Positions 9,070-18,180 are shown, counted from the stretch's first letter. The stretch is DNA of 32,000 bases from Nitrosococcus oceani ATCC 19707 (GCF_000012805.1 NC_007484.1:2280001-2312000), one strand, 5' to 3'. Program-made: numbers and translations. Notes: generated from the sequence alone by a model not told the origin.

Positions 9070-9107
9070 GAATAAAAATTTAAGGCGCTCATGCTGTAGT
9101 ACTTTCG

Positions 9108-9138
9108 GGGGGCCGAATAGGCCCCTCTCTTTCTTTTA
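9108..9138 (+). terminator. Rho-independent terminator of the PEP-CTERM protein gene
   Basis: GGGGCC-GAATA-GGCCCC stem-loop followed by the T-rich TCTCTTTCTTTT, about 40 nt after the stop. Confidence 0.7.
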
Positions 9139-9156
9139 CACCACAACTAAAAAGAA

Positions 9157-9179
9157 GGTGTCAAAAAATTTGACACCTA
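9157..9179. repeat. Perfect 23-nt palindrome AGGTGTCAAA-AAA-TTTGACACCT
   Basis: Read directly: 10-nt arms are exact reverse complements. Function is unknown (second terminator hairpin or dimeric protein-binding site). Confidence 0.9.
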
Positions 9180-9607
9180 TAGGCTGTTACCATTTCCCAC
9201 CTTTTGGCTTGCACATTACCCCCCTTGCCCTTTAGGAACATGCCTATACACGCGCTTATAGACAAACCCCCTTGGCAACGTTACCCTAAACCCGTAAATT
9301 ATCTAGCCGCTGCGCCAGAGCCTAGCTAGTCCACTATGCGTTTTCCTGCCCTCTTTCTCCACCTACAAGGACGGGCACCGTTCTTCGAGCTGAATTAGGA
9401 TGGAAGTATTCCCCGTTAGCCCGCTCACTTAGCGGTAGTTGTTTGAACATGAACACCCTTTTAACCCTATTCCCGCCTACCTTTATAGACGATAAACATA
9501 GAAGGAATACAGGGATGTACGACGACCCCCCCAGCGAGAGCGCGTAGCTTGCGTAGCATCGAGCGCGAGGGCAAGATTAAATTTTTGGTGGCGGCGGTTT
9601 TCCGAAA

Positions 9608-10759
9608 ATGAAAGCGTACCAATTAAGACTCTACCCCACACTCCGACAGCGGCGGCAGCTAGAGGAAGCATTTAGCGCCTGCCGGTATGTGTGGAATTGG
9701 GCGTTAGATAGACGCACCAGGGCCTACAAGGAAAAAGGAGAGTCCCTGAATGCCATTGCGCTTTCGCGGGCGTTGACGGCGCTCAAAAAAGAGAAGGTTT
9801 TTCTTAAGGCCGCCAGTGCGACGGCCCTTACGTATGTCCTAAAAAGCCAGGATGAGGCTTTCCAGAAGTTTTTCAACAAGCAGGCCCGCTACCCGAAGTT
9901 TAAACGGCGTGGGCGGGTGCACTCCTGTACCTTCCAGCTCGACAAACGCCGGGGCGAGAAGGTGTTTATGCCAGGCCAATTATTGCGCCTGCCCAAGCTC
10001 GGCCCGGTGCGCGTGGTCTGGTCCTACCAGGATATCCCCGTATTCCCCAACAGCGCCACGGTCAGCTGCAATGCCTGTGGGCAATGGTTTGTCTCGCTCC
10101 AGTGTGACTGTATCGACGTGATACACCCGCCCGCCACGGATAAAACCATTGGGCTCGATTTAGGGCTATCGACCCTGATAGCCATGAGCGATGGCAGAAA
10201 AGAGAAACCCAGAAGATTTTTAAAGAACGCCTTACGCCGGTTGAGGTTTGCCCAGCGCCGTTTATCGAAGACGGCAAAAGGTGGCAGTAACCGGCGTAAG
10301 CAAAGGAGCCGCGTAGCTCGACTCCACCAAAGAATAGCCAGCAAGAGGGCGAACTTTCTGCACGGACTGAGTACTTCGATCGTACGCGAAAACCAAGCCA
10401 TAGCGATTGAGGACCTGAACGTGCGTGGCGTGATGGCCAACGGAAAGCTAGCCCGATCGGTTGGGGACTGCGGTTGGTACGAGTTACGACGGCAGCTTAC
10501 TTACAAAGCGAAGTGGTACGGACGGCAACTTAATGTGGTGCCGCGATTCCAGCGTACCACGGGGGTTTGTCCTGATTGCGGGACGGTAGGGGAAAAGCTG
10601 CCGCTGAGGGTGCGGTCCTGGACGTGCGGGCACTGTGGAAGCGCGCACGATCGGGATATTGCCGCCGCTCGGGTGATTGATTTAATGGGTAATACCGCGA
10701 GGAGCGCGGGAATTGATGCCTGTGGACTGGCGCACAAACCGGAGGAGGCTGTTAGTTAG
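9608..10759 (+). CDS. tnpB: TnpB (IS200/IS605 OrfB) RNA-guided endonuclease, apparently intact
   Basis: 383 aa. N-terminal MKAYQLRLYPTLRQRRQLEEAFSACRYVWNWAL. RuvC-I TIGLDLGL, RuvC-II AIAIEDLN, zinc finger CPDCG...CGHCG, RuvC-III HDRDIAAA. All catalytic motifs are present. Confidence 0.9.
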   Translation: MKAYQLRLYPTLRQRRQLEEAFSACRYVWNWALDRRTRAYKEKGESLNAIALSRALTALKKEKVFLKAASATALTYVLKSQDEAFQKFFNKQARYPKFKRRGRVHSCTFQLDKRRGEKVFMPGQLLRLPKLGPVRVVWSYQDIPVFPNSATVSCNACGQWFVSLQCDCIDVIHPPATDKTIGLDLGLSTLIAMSDGRKEKPRRFLKNALRRLRFAQRRLSKTAKGGSNRRKQRSRVARLHQRIASKRANFLHGLSTSIVRENQAIAIEDLNVRGVMANGKLARSVGDCGWYELRRQLTYKAKWYGRQLNVVPRFQRTTGVCPDCGTVGEKLPLRVRSWTCGHCGSAHDRDIAAARVIDLMGNTARSAGIDACGLAHKPEEAVS

Positions 10760-10900
10760 TGACAGGCTACCAAAGGGCCGGATTGAAGCAGGAAAAGCGC
10801 AGTGAGCGAGAGCGCAGGGATGCGCTCATGGGGCGATCAGCCCCGGTCGCGAACGTTAGCCGCCAACTCCAACAAATAGGTATTAGCGTATCATCCTTCA
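10640..10900 (+). ncRNA. Candidate omega-RNA (reRNA) of the tnpB element; limits are a guess
   Basis: By analogy with characterised TnpB systems, the guide RNA scaffold overlaps the 3' end of tnpB and extends to the right end of the element. Two stable hairpins are visible at 10808-10828 and 10832-10846. No covariance model could be run. Confidence 0.3.
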
Positions 10901-11952
10901 TCACAACTGCAAGGGCAAAACTGTCGGGGATACCTATTAACCACTTACTACTCCTATTCACCTTATTACTCAGCAGTATGCCAGAATTACAGGCGGCGGC
11001 CAGGGAACTGGTTACGGTAAAACCTCTAGCGCAGCTGGCGGAATTCCCCCCAATCACTGCCTCCGCAGAGGTGATTACCCTTAACAATAGTCAGCTCAAC
11101 GCTGAGGTCACCGCTGTTATTCTTGGCTTGCCCGTTGAAATAGGACAAGTAGTCGCGCCCGGAACCCCGCTAGTGCTGCTTGAGAAAACAGATCTAGAAC
11201 TCGCCCTTGAGCGGGCCAAGGCAACCCTAAACTCGCTTGAAGCCAGCCATGCGTTGGCGCAGCGTCAATTAACCCGCACCCAATCCCTGGCTAAAAAAAG
11301 GCTTATCACGGAAGAAATACTCAATCAGCGCGAAACCGAGCTAAAGGTTAGCAAAGCGGAGCTGGCAGTCCAGCGGATCACGGTAAAACAACAGCAAAGA
11401 GCGCTTGAAAAGACGGTAATTCGCGCTCCATTTAAGGCCATCGTCGTGGAACGGCTGGGGCAGGTGGGTGAACTGGCTATGCCGGGCACGCCGCTTATCC
11501 ATATCCTGGATGCAGAACAAATCTTGGTTTCCGCTAAACTTCAGCCCCGGGATATCTTTTCCCTGCGCAATGCAGCCACGGTGGTATTCATCGCTGAAAA
11601 TCACCCCTATTCCCTGAAGCTTCACCGCGTGGTTCCCGCGCTTGATCTCCGTGAACGAAGCCAGGAAGTGCGCCTGCGATTTACCGCTGCGCCCGCCTTG
11701 ATTGGCACCACCGGGGATTTAGTTTGGCGCCCTAAAACTCCCCATTTACCTGCCGATTTGTTGGTTCGGCGCGGCAACAAACTAGGCGTGTTTGTATTAG
11801 CGCGGGAACGGGCCAAATTCGTAGCTCTAGCCGATGCCCATGAAGGCCAGCCCACCAAGATCAATCTACCGGGAGATACTCTCATTATCATTGATGGTCG
11901 CTTTACCCTCCAGGATGGGGAAGCAGTTCAGGTCACCAACCTTGCTGATTAG
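10828..11952 (+). CDS. RND efflux periplasmic adaptor (membrane fusion protein, HlyD/AcrA family); start uncertain
   Basis: Biotinyl-lipoyl/hairpin/beta-barrel pattern: NAEVTAVILGLPVEIGQVVAPGTPLVLLEKTDLELALERAKA...VIRAPFKAIVVERLGQVGELAMPGTPL. It lies directly upstream of the RND permease. The track start (GTG 10759) overlaps the tnpB stop and is probably not used. ATG 10828 is the only canonical start that keeps the signal-like segment IPINHLLLLFTLLLSSMPELQAAA. Confidence 0.75.
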   Translation: MGRSAPVANVSRQLQQIGISVSSFITTARAKLSGIPINHLLLLFTLLLSSMPELQAAARELVTVKPLAQLAEFPPITASAEVITLNNSQLNAEVTAVILGLPVEIGQVVAPGTPLVLLEKTDLELALERAKATLNSLEASHALAQRQLTRTQSLAKKRLITEEILNQRETELKVSKAELAVQRITVKQQQRALEKTVIRAPFKAIVVERLGQVGELAMPGTPLIHILDAEQILVSAKLQPRDIFSLRNAATVVFIAENHPYSLKLHRVVPALDLRERSQEVRLRFTAAPALIGTTGDLVWRPKTPHLPADLLVRRGNKLGVFVLARERAKFVALADAHEGQPTKINLPGDTLIIIDGRFTLQDGEAVQVTNLAD

Positions 11953-11967
11953 CTTGATCCAATAAAG

Positions 11968-14900
11968 ATGCTGATCCGTTTTTTCCACAATCACGTTCTA
12001 GCCAATCTCACCTTTGTGCTAGTGCTCACGGCAGGTGCCCTAGCCTATCTTCACCTCCCTAAGGAACAAAACCCGCCGGTTAATTTCAACTGGGTACAAA
12101 TTAGCACGGTATTTCCAGGCGCCTCCGCGGAAGATGTGGAGAAACTAATTACCGAACCGCTGGAAGATGCGCTCCGTCAAGTCCAGGATATCCGTTTTGC
12201 TTCCAGCACTAGCCGGGAAGATCTATCACTCATTCTGGTGCGGTTTCAAGACATCAATGAGCGCACCTATGATAAACGTGTCACTGATCTGCGCCGGGAA
12301 GTGCAAAGTAAGGCAAATCAAGAACTGCCAGAAGCCGCCGAAGAACCCGAGTTTTTCGAGTTGAGTACCGCGAATATGTTTCCCGCCGCCATGATTTTGG
12401 TCAGCGGAGTAGCGGACAATGAGGTGCTACGGCGTAACGCCCGCATCATTCAGGAAGATCTAGAGCGCATACCCGGGGTAAAAAACGTGGGCACGGTGGG
12501 ACTGCGGGACCCAGAATTGCAAGTGGAGTTTTCGCCACGGCGTCTATATGCCGTTGGAGCCACCCCCGAGGATTTGGCTGAAACGGTGGCTGCCTATTTT
12601 CAGGATGCCGCCGCGGGAAGCGTCCGCCAGGCAAACCAACAATGGCTGATACGCCTAGTGGGAACAAGCAGCGATCCCCAGGTATTAGGCCGTTTCCCGC
12701 TCAAAACTGCTTTGGGTGAAACGCCAATTAATAGCGTCGCCGCAGTAAGCCGCGGCCGGGAGGAACCAGAGGAATTAGTTCGTCATAAAGGCCAGCCGGG
12801 AGTATTGCTGGTTATAGACAAAAAGGGCAGCACCGGCTCTCTGAAATTCATAAAAAGCCTTAAAGCCTATATTGCCTCCCACAATGAGATCAGCCGGGAA
12901 AGCGGCGTCAAACTGATCTTAGTGGATGATCAGACGCCCCGCACCGAAGCCGCATTGAAAATCATGGAAAATAATGCGGTAGTTGGCTTGGTGCTGGTAA
13001 TGCTGACCACCTGGCTATTTCTTGGATCGCGGATCTCGTTTTTTATCGGGATCGGCATTCCCTTTACTCTAGCAGGAACCTTCCTGTTACTTTATCTGCT
13101 CGGGGAAAGTCTGAATATCTCGGTATTTCTCGGGGTAGTGATCGCTTTGGGTATGTTGGTGGACGATGCGGTGGTCGTGGTAGAGGCTATTTACTACCGC
13201 TTACAGCGAGGGGTAGCACATGCGGTTGCAGTGTCCCAGGGGCTTTCGGAAGTGGCTGCTCCTGTGGCAACCTCGGTGTTAACCACGATAGCCGCTTTTC
13301 TTCCGCTTATGCTCACGCCGGGTATCCTCGGAAAATTTATGTACGTCATTCCCCTGGTAGTTACCATTGCTCTGCTGATTAGTCTGTTCGAAGCCTTTTG
13401 GATACTGCCGGTGCATGTCATGGGCTCGAAAACCGGCGCCCATAACCCTTCCCCCTTGCAACGTTATCGCGTGCGGTTTGCTCACTATTTGCGGGTTAAA
13501 TATACCCACGCATTGATTACCCTTCTAAAGCGACCTAAACGTTCCGTGCTGGCTATATTGCTGCTCGTTGCTGCTTTTGGCGTCCTAGCGGGCAGCATGG
13601 TACGAACTGATTTTTTTGCCGCTGACCCGATTCGGTTGTTCTATGTGAATGTGGAAATGGCGCCTAATACGACCCTGGATGAAACCCTTCGTTTAATTGA
13701 AACATTAGATAGCAAGGTGGGAAAACATCTCAAGCCAGAAGAATTACGCCAAACTGTGGGCTATGCAGGCATGATGTTCACAGGCGCGGAAGTGCTGTCA
13801 GGCGACCAGTACGGCCAGGTCGTCGTTAGTTTGAAGCCTCAAAACGGGCAACTTCGCAGCGTCGATGAAACCATTGAAACCATGCGGAAAAACCTCGTAA
13901 AAACACCGGGACCCGTACGCATTTCCTTCCTCCGCATCTCTGAAGGCCCCCCCGTCTCTAGACCCATCAGTATTAAGGTGCGTGGTGATGATCTAGAGAA
14001 ATTGCACCAAGCAGTGGCCGCCTTGGAAGCTACTTTACAGCGTCTTCCCGGCGTCAAAGACATCACCAGTGATAACATTCCTGGCAAACTGCAACTCAAC
14101 CTGCGCCTAAATGGAGACGCTATCAAGCGTTCCGGACTAGATCCGGCTTCCGTCACCCGCATTATTCGGCTGCTATTTGACGGAGAGATCGTTGCCAGCA
14201 CGCGCGAACAGGGAGAAAAGCTGGAGGTACGGGTACGCGCTAAACGAGCCTCGGTACCTGATATCAATGCCCTATTCAGACAGCCTATTGCCTTACCCGG
14301 CGGCGGCGAGATCGCCCTAGGCCGGCTCGTAGAGGTAGATAAAAGCCTTGGGCAAGTAGCAATTCGGCACTATAATTTTCGCCGCACCATTACTTTGGAG
14401 GCTGACATTAATCGAGAAATGACCGATGTAGTGGCTGTTAATGAGCATATCCAGCAAGAGTGGGAAAACCTGCGCGCCCGTTTTCCCGGCATTGACCTGG
14501 ATTTCTCCGGTGCCTTTGAAGATATTCAGGAAAGCATCCAGGCCCTCACCTTGCTATTTCTACTAGGTATAGGATTAATCTATCTTATCTTGGGCACCCA
14601 GTTTCGCAGCTACTGGCAGCCCCTGATAATTCTCGCCGCCGTACCCATGGCGTTTACCGGTGTGCTGTTCGGGCTCATGGTGACTCGTAATCCCCTAAGT
14701 CTTTATACGCTCTACGGTGCCGTAGCACTAACTGGCATTGCCGTCAATGCGGCGATCGTACTCATCGTGGCGGCCAATGAACGCTTAAACCGGGGCATGA
14801 GTGTATTACATGCTGCGGTATATGCAGCCCGGCGGCGCCTTATCCCTATATTAATTACTAGCCTTAGCACTATTGCCGGTCTATTTGCCCTTGCCACCGG

Positions 14901-15045
14901 CCTAGGCGGGCGCTCCCTGCTGTGGGGCCCCATGGCCTCGGCGATTGTATGGGGCGTGGGAATTTCCACCTTGCTGACTCTTTTTGTTATTCCTTTGTTA
15001 TACCAATTATCCATGACCAACAAGAACAAAGGTTACCGCCCTTAA
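11968..15045 (+). CDS. RND efflux transporter permease (AcrB/AcrD/AcrF superfamily)
   Basis: 1025 aa with 12-TM/two-large-loop organisation. N-terminus is typical (LIRFFHNHVLANLTFVLVLTAGALAYLHLPKEQNP). TM4-region motif GMLVDDAVVVVEAI. The second half is pseudo-repeated. Confidence 0.9.
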   Translation: MLIRFFHNHVLANLTFVLVLTAGALAYLHLPKEQNPPVNFNWVQISTVFPGASAEDVEKLITEPLEDALRQVQDIRFASSTSREDLSLILVRFQDINERTYDKRVTDLRREVQSKANQELPEAAEEPEFFELSTANMFPAAMILVSGVADNEVLRRNARIIQEDLERIPGVKNVGTVGLRDPELQVEFSPRRLYAVGATPEDLAETVAAYFQDAAAGSVRQANQQWLIRLVGTSSDPQVLGRFPLKTALGETPINSVAAVSRGREEPEELVRHKGQPGVLLVIDKKGSTGSLKFIKSLKAYIASHNEISRESGVKLILVDDQTPRTEAALKIMENNAVVGLVLVMLTTWLFLGSRISFFIGIGIPFTLAGTFLLLYLLGESLNISVFLGVVIALGMLVDDAVVVVEAIYYRLQRGVAHAVAVSQGLSEVAAPVATSVLTTIAAFLPLMLTPGILGKFMYVIPLVVTIALLISLFEAFWILPVHVMGSKTGAHNPSPLQRYRVRFAHYLRVKYTHALITLLKRPKRSVLAILLLVAAFGVLAGSMVRTDFFAADPIRLFYVNVEMAPNTTLDETLRLIETLDSKVGKHLKPEELRQTVGYAGMMFTGAEVLSGDQYGQVVVSLKPQNGQLRSVDETIETMRKNLVKTPGPVRISFLRISEGPPVSRPISIKVRGDDLEKLHQAVAALEATLQRLPGVKDITSDNIPGKLQLNLRLNGDAIKRSGLDPASVTRIIRLLFDGEIVASTREQGEKLEVRVRAKRASVPDINALFRQPIALPGGGEIALGRLVEVDKSLGQVAIRHYNFRRTITLEADINREMTDVVAVNEHIQQEWENLRARFPGIDLDFSGAFEDIQESIQALTLLFLLGIGLIYLILGTQFRSYWQPLIILAAVPMAFTGVLFGLMVTRNPLSLYTLYGAVALTGIAVNAAIVLIVAANERLNRGMSVLHAAVYAARRRLIPILITSLSTIAGLFALATGLGGRSLLWGPMASAIVWGVGISTLLTLFVIPLLYQLSMTNKNKGYRP

Positions 15046-15048
15046 ACT

Positions 15049-17067
15049 TCACCTCACCATTAATCGTTCAAGAGGCAACCGGGTGGAGCGTGCTTTCGGG
15101 ACGGCGCCGGCTCCTATCCGGCCCATCACCTGGGCCCGCTGGCAGATATCCGGTGACAGCAGTTGTTCTAGTCGAGACGAAAGCGCTGCGGCAAGACGCT
15201 GGCTGTATTCGCTTTTTGAAAATTGTATTCCCTCTCGAAGATAGGCACTAAATATAAGGGGAGTCATCTCTGGCTGAAGCCGTAAGTTAAGCCTGCTGGC
15301 CGTCAGCCAGAAACGCTGCCAGGCTCTTCCCGTGGCAATGTAATCATCCATGGATTGTGGCGGCTTTGGAGCGATAATTAAAAAATGAGCGGCACAGGCA
15401 ATACCAGGAATAAAATCGAGTTGTATCCGGGGTAGTAGCGTCCCCCCAAGATAGGTGTTTAAAAATTTTACCCGCCCCCAGTCTTTCAGTGCCCAGCGCA
15501 TGAGTCCCACTCCCAGCGGATCCAAGCCCACAGCCTGATCCGGGATGCGATCTTTGCTAAATTTTGAATTCCATTCAATGACGCTTCGATGCACCTCATA
15601 AGCTTCCGGCATGGTCAACCGCAGCTTTCCATTCATAAACAGTAACCGGGCTACCTTTAACCTATTTTCTAGCCCTTCAAGCCAGTGAATGGAAAACAAG
15701 GGCTTAACAGATTCTTCGAGAAGGCTTTTTTCCCGGACCGTGAGCGCGCGCAGAGACATAGCCCGGCGCTGGGTAGCGCGCACAGGAATATAGGGCCACA
15801 GGGGATCGGGACGAAGGGTAGCTTCAGGAACAAAATGCACATTGAACTTAGGGTGAGTCTCTGCAGTATTAAGATCTCGTTGAATGTCGGTACGCCAGCC
15901 ATATTGGGACGCCGCAATGGTAATACTTTCCAGAAGTGTCCCCACGGAGATCTGGCTAGCATGGCCTTCTAAATCATAAACACAATGATCCCGGGTATCG
16001 AAGCCATGGACAACGACATAATGAGAGTCCTTAATTTCAAAGCGCCAGGGCTGGGTATTGTCTCCGCTAGGCGCCCACCGGGCCATATCTAAAATACGCT
16101 CAACCTCAGAACCAGCCTTTGACGAAGCTACAGTAGGTATTTTCTGAGAAAGCTGTTCAAGCATCCGGTATCCCCGCTTACGCTTGAAAAGCTGGAACGG
16201 GTTGTTATTGCCGCCAGGCAGCCACCCAAGATGCCATTTCCCCCGATAGGCATCGTACTGATGGTAGCGTGGAGCAGACCGTACAGGGCCTCGTCCCAGC
16301 AGAATCTTCAACGCTTCCGCGCCTGTGGCTCCCGCGCACAGATGACAGCCCATGGCCGTTGAGGGACCGCGGCGAGCAGCCAAATCAAGCCGCGAAGAGT
16401 CTACAAGATAAGCACGGTGGAATCCTTTGGGCGTTAGCCCCGCAAGAAAATTCACATACTGCTGCTCTATGGGCAGGCCTTCCAGGCAAAAGTACTCCTC
16501 AAAAGTCATATGCCCCGGCATAAATACTAAATAAGCCGTTCCTATTCCAATAGGCGCCGCCGTAATTGCAGGTATGCCAAGCTCCGCGCAGCGGGCAAAA
16601 ACATGGGCCCGCCTATCCAACACAAAAAAATCGAAGCCATCGACAAAAAGGTCTACCCCTTCGAGAAAGGCATCAACATTGTTGCGGTTAATTCCCTTAT
16701 TAAAAATATTCAGATCCACTTCCGGGTTGATATCCCGGGCTATTTCAGCCAGCACCTCGACTTTAGGCCGCCCTAGGGTACTCACCATCGCTCCAACCTG
16801 GCGATTAAAGTTAGGAAGCTCAAAGTCGTCGAAATCCGCAATATGGAACACGCCAATGCCTAAACGCGCCAGAGTTAATAAATGGACGCCCCCCACGCCT
16901 CCCATCCCCGCAATGGCCACTTTCTTGCCACGTAATATCTGTTGTTCCCACTCAGTCACCCAGCCGGTATTTCGGCTAAAAGCCTCCTGGTAGATAAAAG
17001 CTTCGCCTTGACGCTGAATAGAACTCTCTACTGAATTTTTTTCTAGCGGCTCATCTTGTGTGTGCAT
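15049..17067 (-). CDS. Fusion protein: N-terminal ThiF/MoeB/HesA (E1-like adenylyltransferase) domain plus C-terminal Acg/Rv2032-like double nitroreductase fold
   Basis: 672 aa. N-terminal Rossmann signature GKKVAIAGMGGVGGVHLLTLARLGIGVFHIADFDDFELPNFNRQ. C-terminal half has ARWAPSGDNTQPWRFEI and VRATQRRAMS, recalling FMN-binding nitroreductase-fold proteins of the Acg type. The stop lies 3 nt from the stop of the convergent RND permease. Confidence 0.75.
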   Translation of the reverse strand: MHTQDEPLEKNSVESSIQRQGEAFIYQEAFSRNTGWVTEWEQQILRGKKVAIAGMGGVGGVHLLTLARLGIGVFHIADFDDFELPNFNRQVGAMVSTLGRPKVEVLAEIARDINPEVDLNIFNKGINRNNVDAFLEGVDLFVDGFDFFVLDRRAHVFARCAELGIPAITAAPIGIGTAYLVFMPGHMTFEEYFCLEGLPIEQQYVNFLAGLTPKGFHRAYLVDSSRLDLAARRGPSTAMGCHLCAGATGAEALKILLGRGPVRSAPRYHQYDAYRGKWHLGWLPGGNNNPFQLFKRKRGYRMLEQLSQKIPTVASSKAGSEVERILDMARWAPSGDNTQPWRFEIKDSHYVVVHGFDTRDHCVYDLEGHASQISVGTLLESITIAASQYGWRTDIQRDLNTAETHPKFNVHFVPEATLRPDPLWPYIPVRATQRRAMSLRALTVREKSLLEESVKPLFSIHWLEGLENRLKVARLLFMNGKLRLTMPEAYEVHRSVIEWNSKFSKDRIPDQAVGLDPLGVGLMRWALKDWGRVKFLNTYLGGTLLPRIQLDFIPGIACAAHFLIIAPKPPQSMDDYIATGRAWQRFWLTASRLNLRLQPEMTPLIFSAYLREGIQFSKSEYSQRLAAALSSRLEQLLSPDICQRAQVMGRIGAGAVPKARSTRLPLERLMVR

Positions 17068-17390
17068 TTACTCTATTTCCTAGGCTAACAAAAGGCTCAA
17101 TTCCGCGCTGGATCATAAAGGCTATTTTTTTCTTTGGCGTCTCTCTTGTAAAGCTACAGAGGCAGCAGTTTTTAATAATTTCTGCACGATCTGCGTGTAG
17201 GTCCCGTACAAAATACGAGAGGTGTGAGCTACCGCTTATTTTAAGCGCTGCTTTTATCCTAAAACTGGGATTAACATCATAATGTTTCTTTGTCAAGAAG
17301 CGGAAAATCACAAGGAAGCGCCCCCTTAGTTATTAACTATCTTGGAGATCTCAAACATTCCAGGATAACTCAAAAAACAGAGGAGTCATC

Positions 17391-18140
17391 ATGGAGATGC
17401 TAGCGACCAAACCAATTAATACTGAAAGAACATTAGCAGATATATTTTCAGACTATTTTGAAGTGCTTTCGGCTAATACCCCTCAATTACAAGAAGCAGC
17501 TTATCGGCTACGCTATCAAGTTTATTGCCTGGAAACCAAATTTGAAAATCCCTGGCAATTCCCAGAGAGGCAAGAAAAAGATGGCTTCGATCAATATTCA
17601 ATCCATAGCCTTCTCAAGCACTCGAGAACAGGCAACTTTGCAGGTACCGTTCGCCTCATTCTTCCCCGACTAGAGGTTGAAAAATGTTTCCCTGTTCATG
17701 CAGTAACCTCTCACCCCTTATTCCTTGATCACCGGCGATTCCCCCGATCAAAGGTTGCTGCAATTTCCCGCTTTGCAATTTCTAAAAATTTTAGGAAGCG
17801 TTTGGGAGAATTTATTTCGCCAAGCGCTGCTTCTAAGCACCATGAAATTTATAGAGATGAGCGCCGAATTATACCCCATATTACCCTAGGGCTCGTCGCC
17901 GGCCTTGTAAGAATGAGCAAGGAACAGGGGATACAACACTGGTTTTGCATGGTAGAGCCTCCTTTGCTTCGTCTTTTATCAAAATACGGTTTATATCTAA
18001 CAGCCGTGGGTCCAACCGTTGAGTATCATGGTAAGCGTCAGCCCTGTTACGCGCATCTCGATCAGTTTCTCGAAATGGCGCACAAAGAACGCCCTGATGT
18101 ATGGGAATTAATTACCGATAAAGGAAAGAATTGCCCTTAG
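17391..18140 (+). CDS. PEP-CTERM/exosortase system-associated acyltransferase (LuxI/FeeM-like putative N-acyl amino acid synthase), paralog 1
   Basis: 249 aa. Motifs AYRLRYQVYCLETKFEN, DGFDQYS, GTVRL and ISRFAISKNFRKR parallel the conserved R/E/D/ESR positions of autoinducer-synthase-fold enzymes. GAGGAG Shine-Dalgarno 5 nt before the ATG. Confidence 0.8.
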   Translation: MEMLATKPINTERTLADIFSDYFEVLSANTPQLQEAAYRLRYQVYCLETKFENPWQFPERQEKDGFDQYSIHSLLKHSRTGNFAGTVRLILPRLEVEKCFPVHAVTSHPLFLDHRRFPRSKVAAISRFAISKNFRKRLGEFISPSAASKHHEIYRDERRIIPHITLGLVAGLVRMSKEQGIQHWFCMVEPPLLRLLSKYGLYLTAVGPTVEYHGKRQPCYAHLDQFLEMAHKERPDVWELITDKGKNCP

Positions 18141-18162
18141 ATTATTTTTATCAAAATGAATT

Positions 18163-18180
18163 TGTCTCTATATGAAGACA
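18163..18180. promoter_or_regulatory. Inverted repeat TGTC-N10-GACA, distal candidate enhancer (UAS) site
   Basis: TGTCTCTATATGAAGACA; the extended arms TTGTCT/AGACAA are exact complements. It lies about 160 nt upstream of the sigma-54 -24 element at 18323. Confidence 0.4.

Larger units (their letters stand above)
9526..10900 (+). mobile_element. IS200/IS605-family, tnpB-only element (no tnpA); ends approximate
   Basis: Intact tnpB. The 11-mer AGCGAGAGCGC occurs in direct orientation on both flanks (9533-9543 and 10805-10815), in structured GC-rich sequence. The right flank has hairpins GAGCGC-AGGGAT-GCGCTC and GGGGC-GATCA-GCCCC. IS200/IS605 ends carry direct, not inverted, subterminal hairpins. 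No Y1 transposase ORF was found nearby. Confidence 0.5.

Noticed and set aside
10759-10827. GTG start giving the 397-aa version of the RND adaptor
   Set aside because: It overlaps the tnpB stop by 1 nt, and the first ~23 codons (TGYQRAGLKQEKRSERERRDAL) fall in the hairpin-rich IS flank. It is most likely just the first start-like codon after an upstream stop.
10024-14267. Antisense or out-of-frame ORFs inside tnpB and the RND permease (e.g. 10024-10440, 13839-14267, 14712-15029), and similar ones inside prsT, ilvD, rep and comM
   Set aside because: All are embedded in long, confidently identified genes. Their Arg/Ser/Pro-rich translations are typical of spurious frames.
17135-17150. Sigma-54-like element TGGCGTCTCTCTTGTA upstream of acyltransferase paralog 1
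   Set aside because: The spacing is correct, but the invariant -12 GC is GT, and the element lies about 240 nt from the ATG. That is too weak to call without data.
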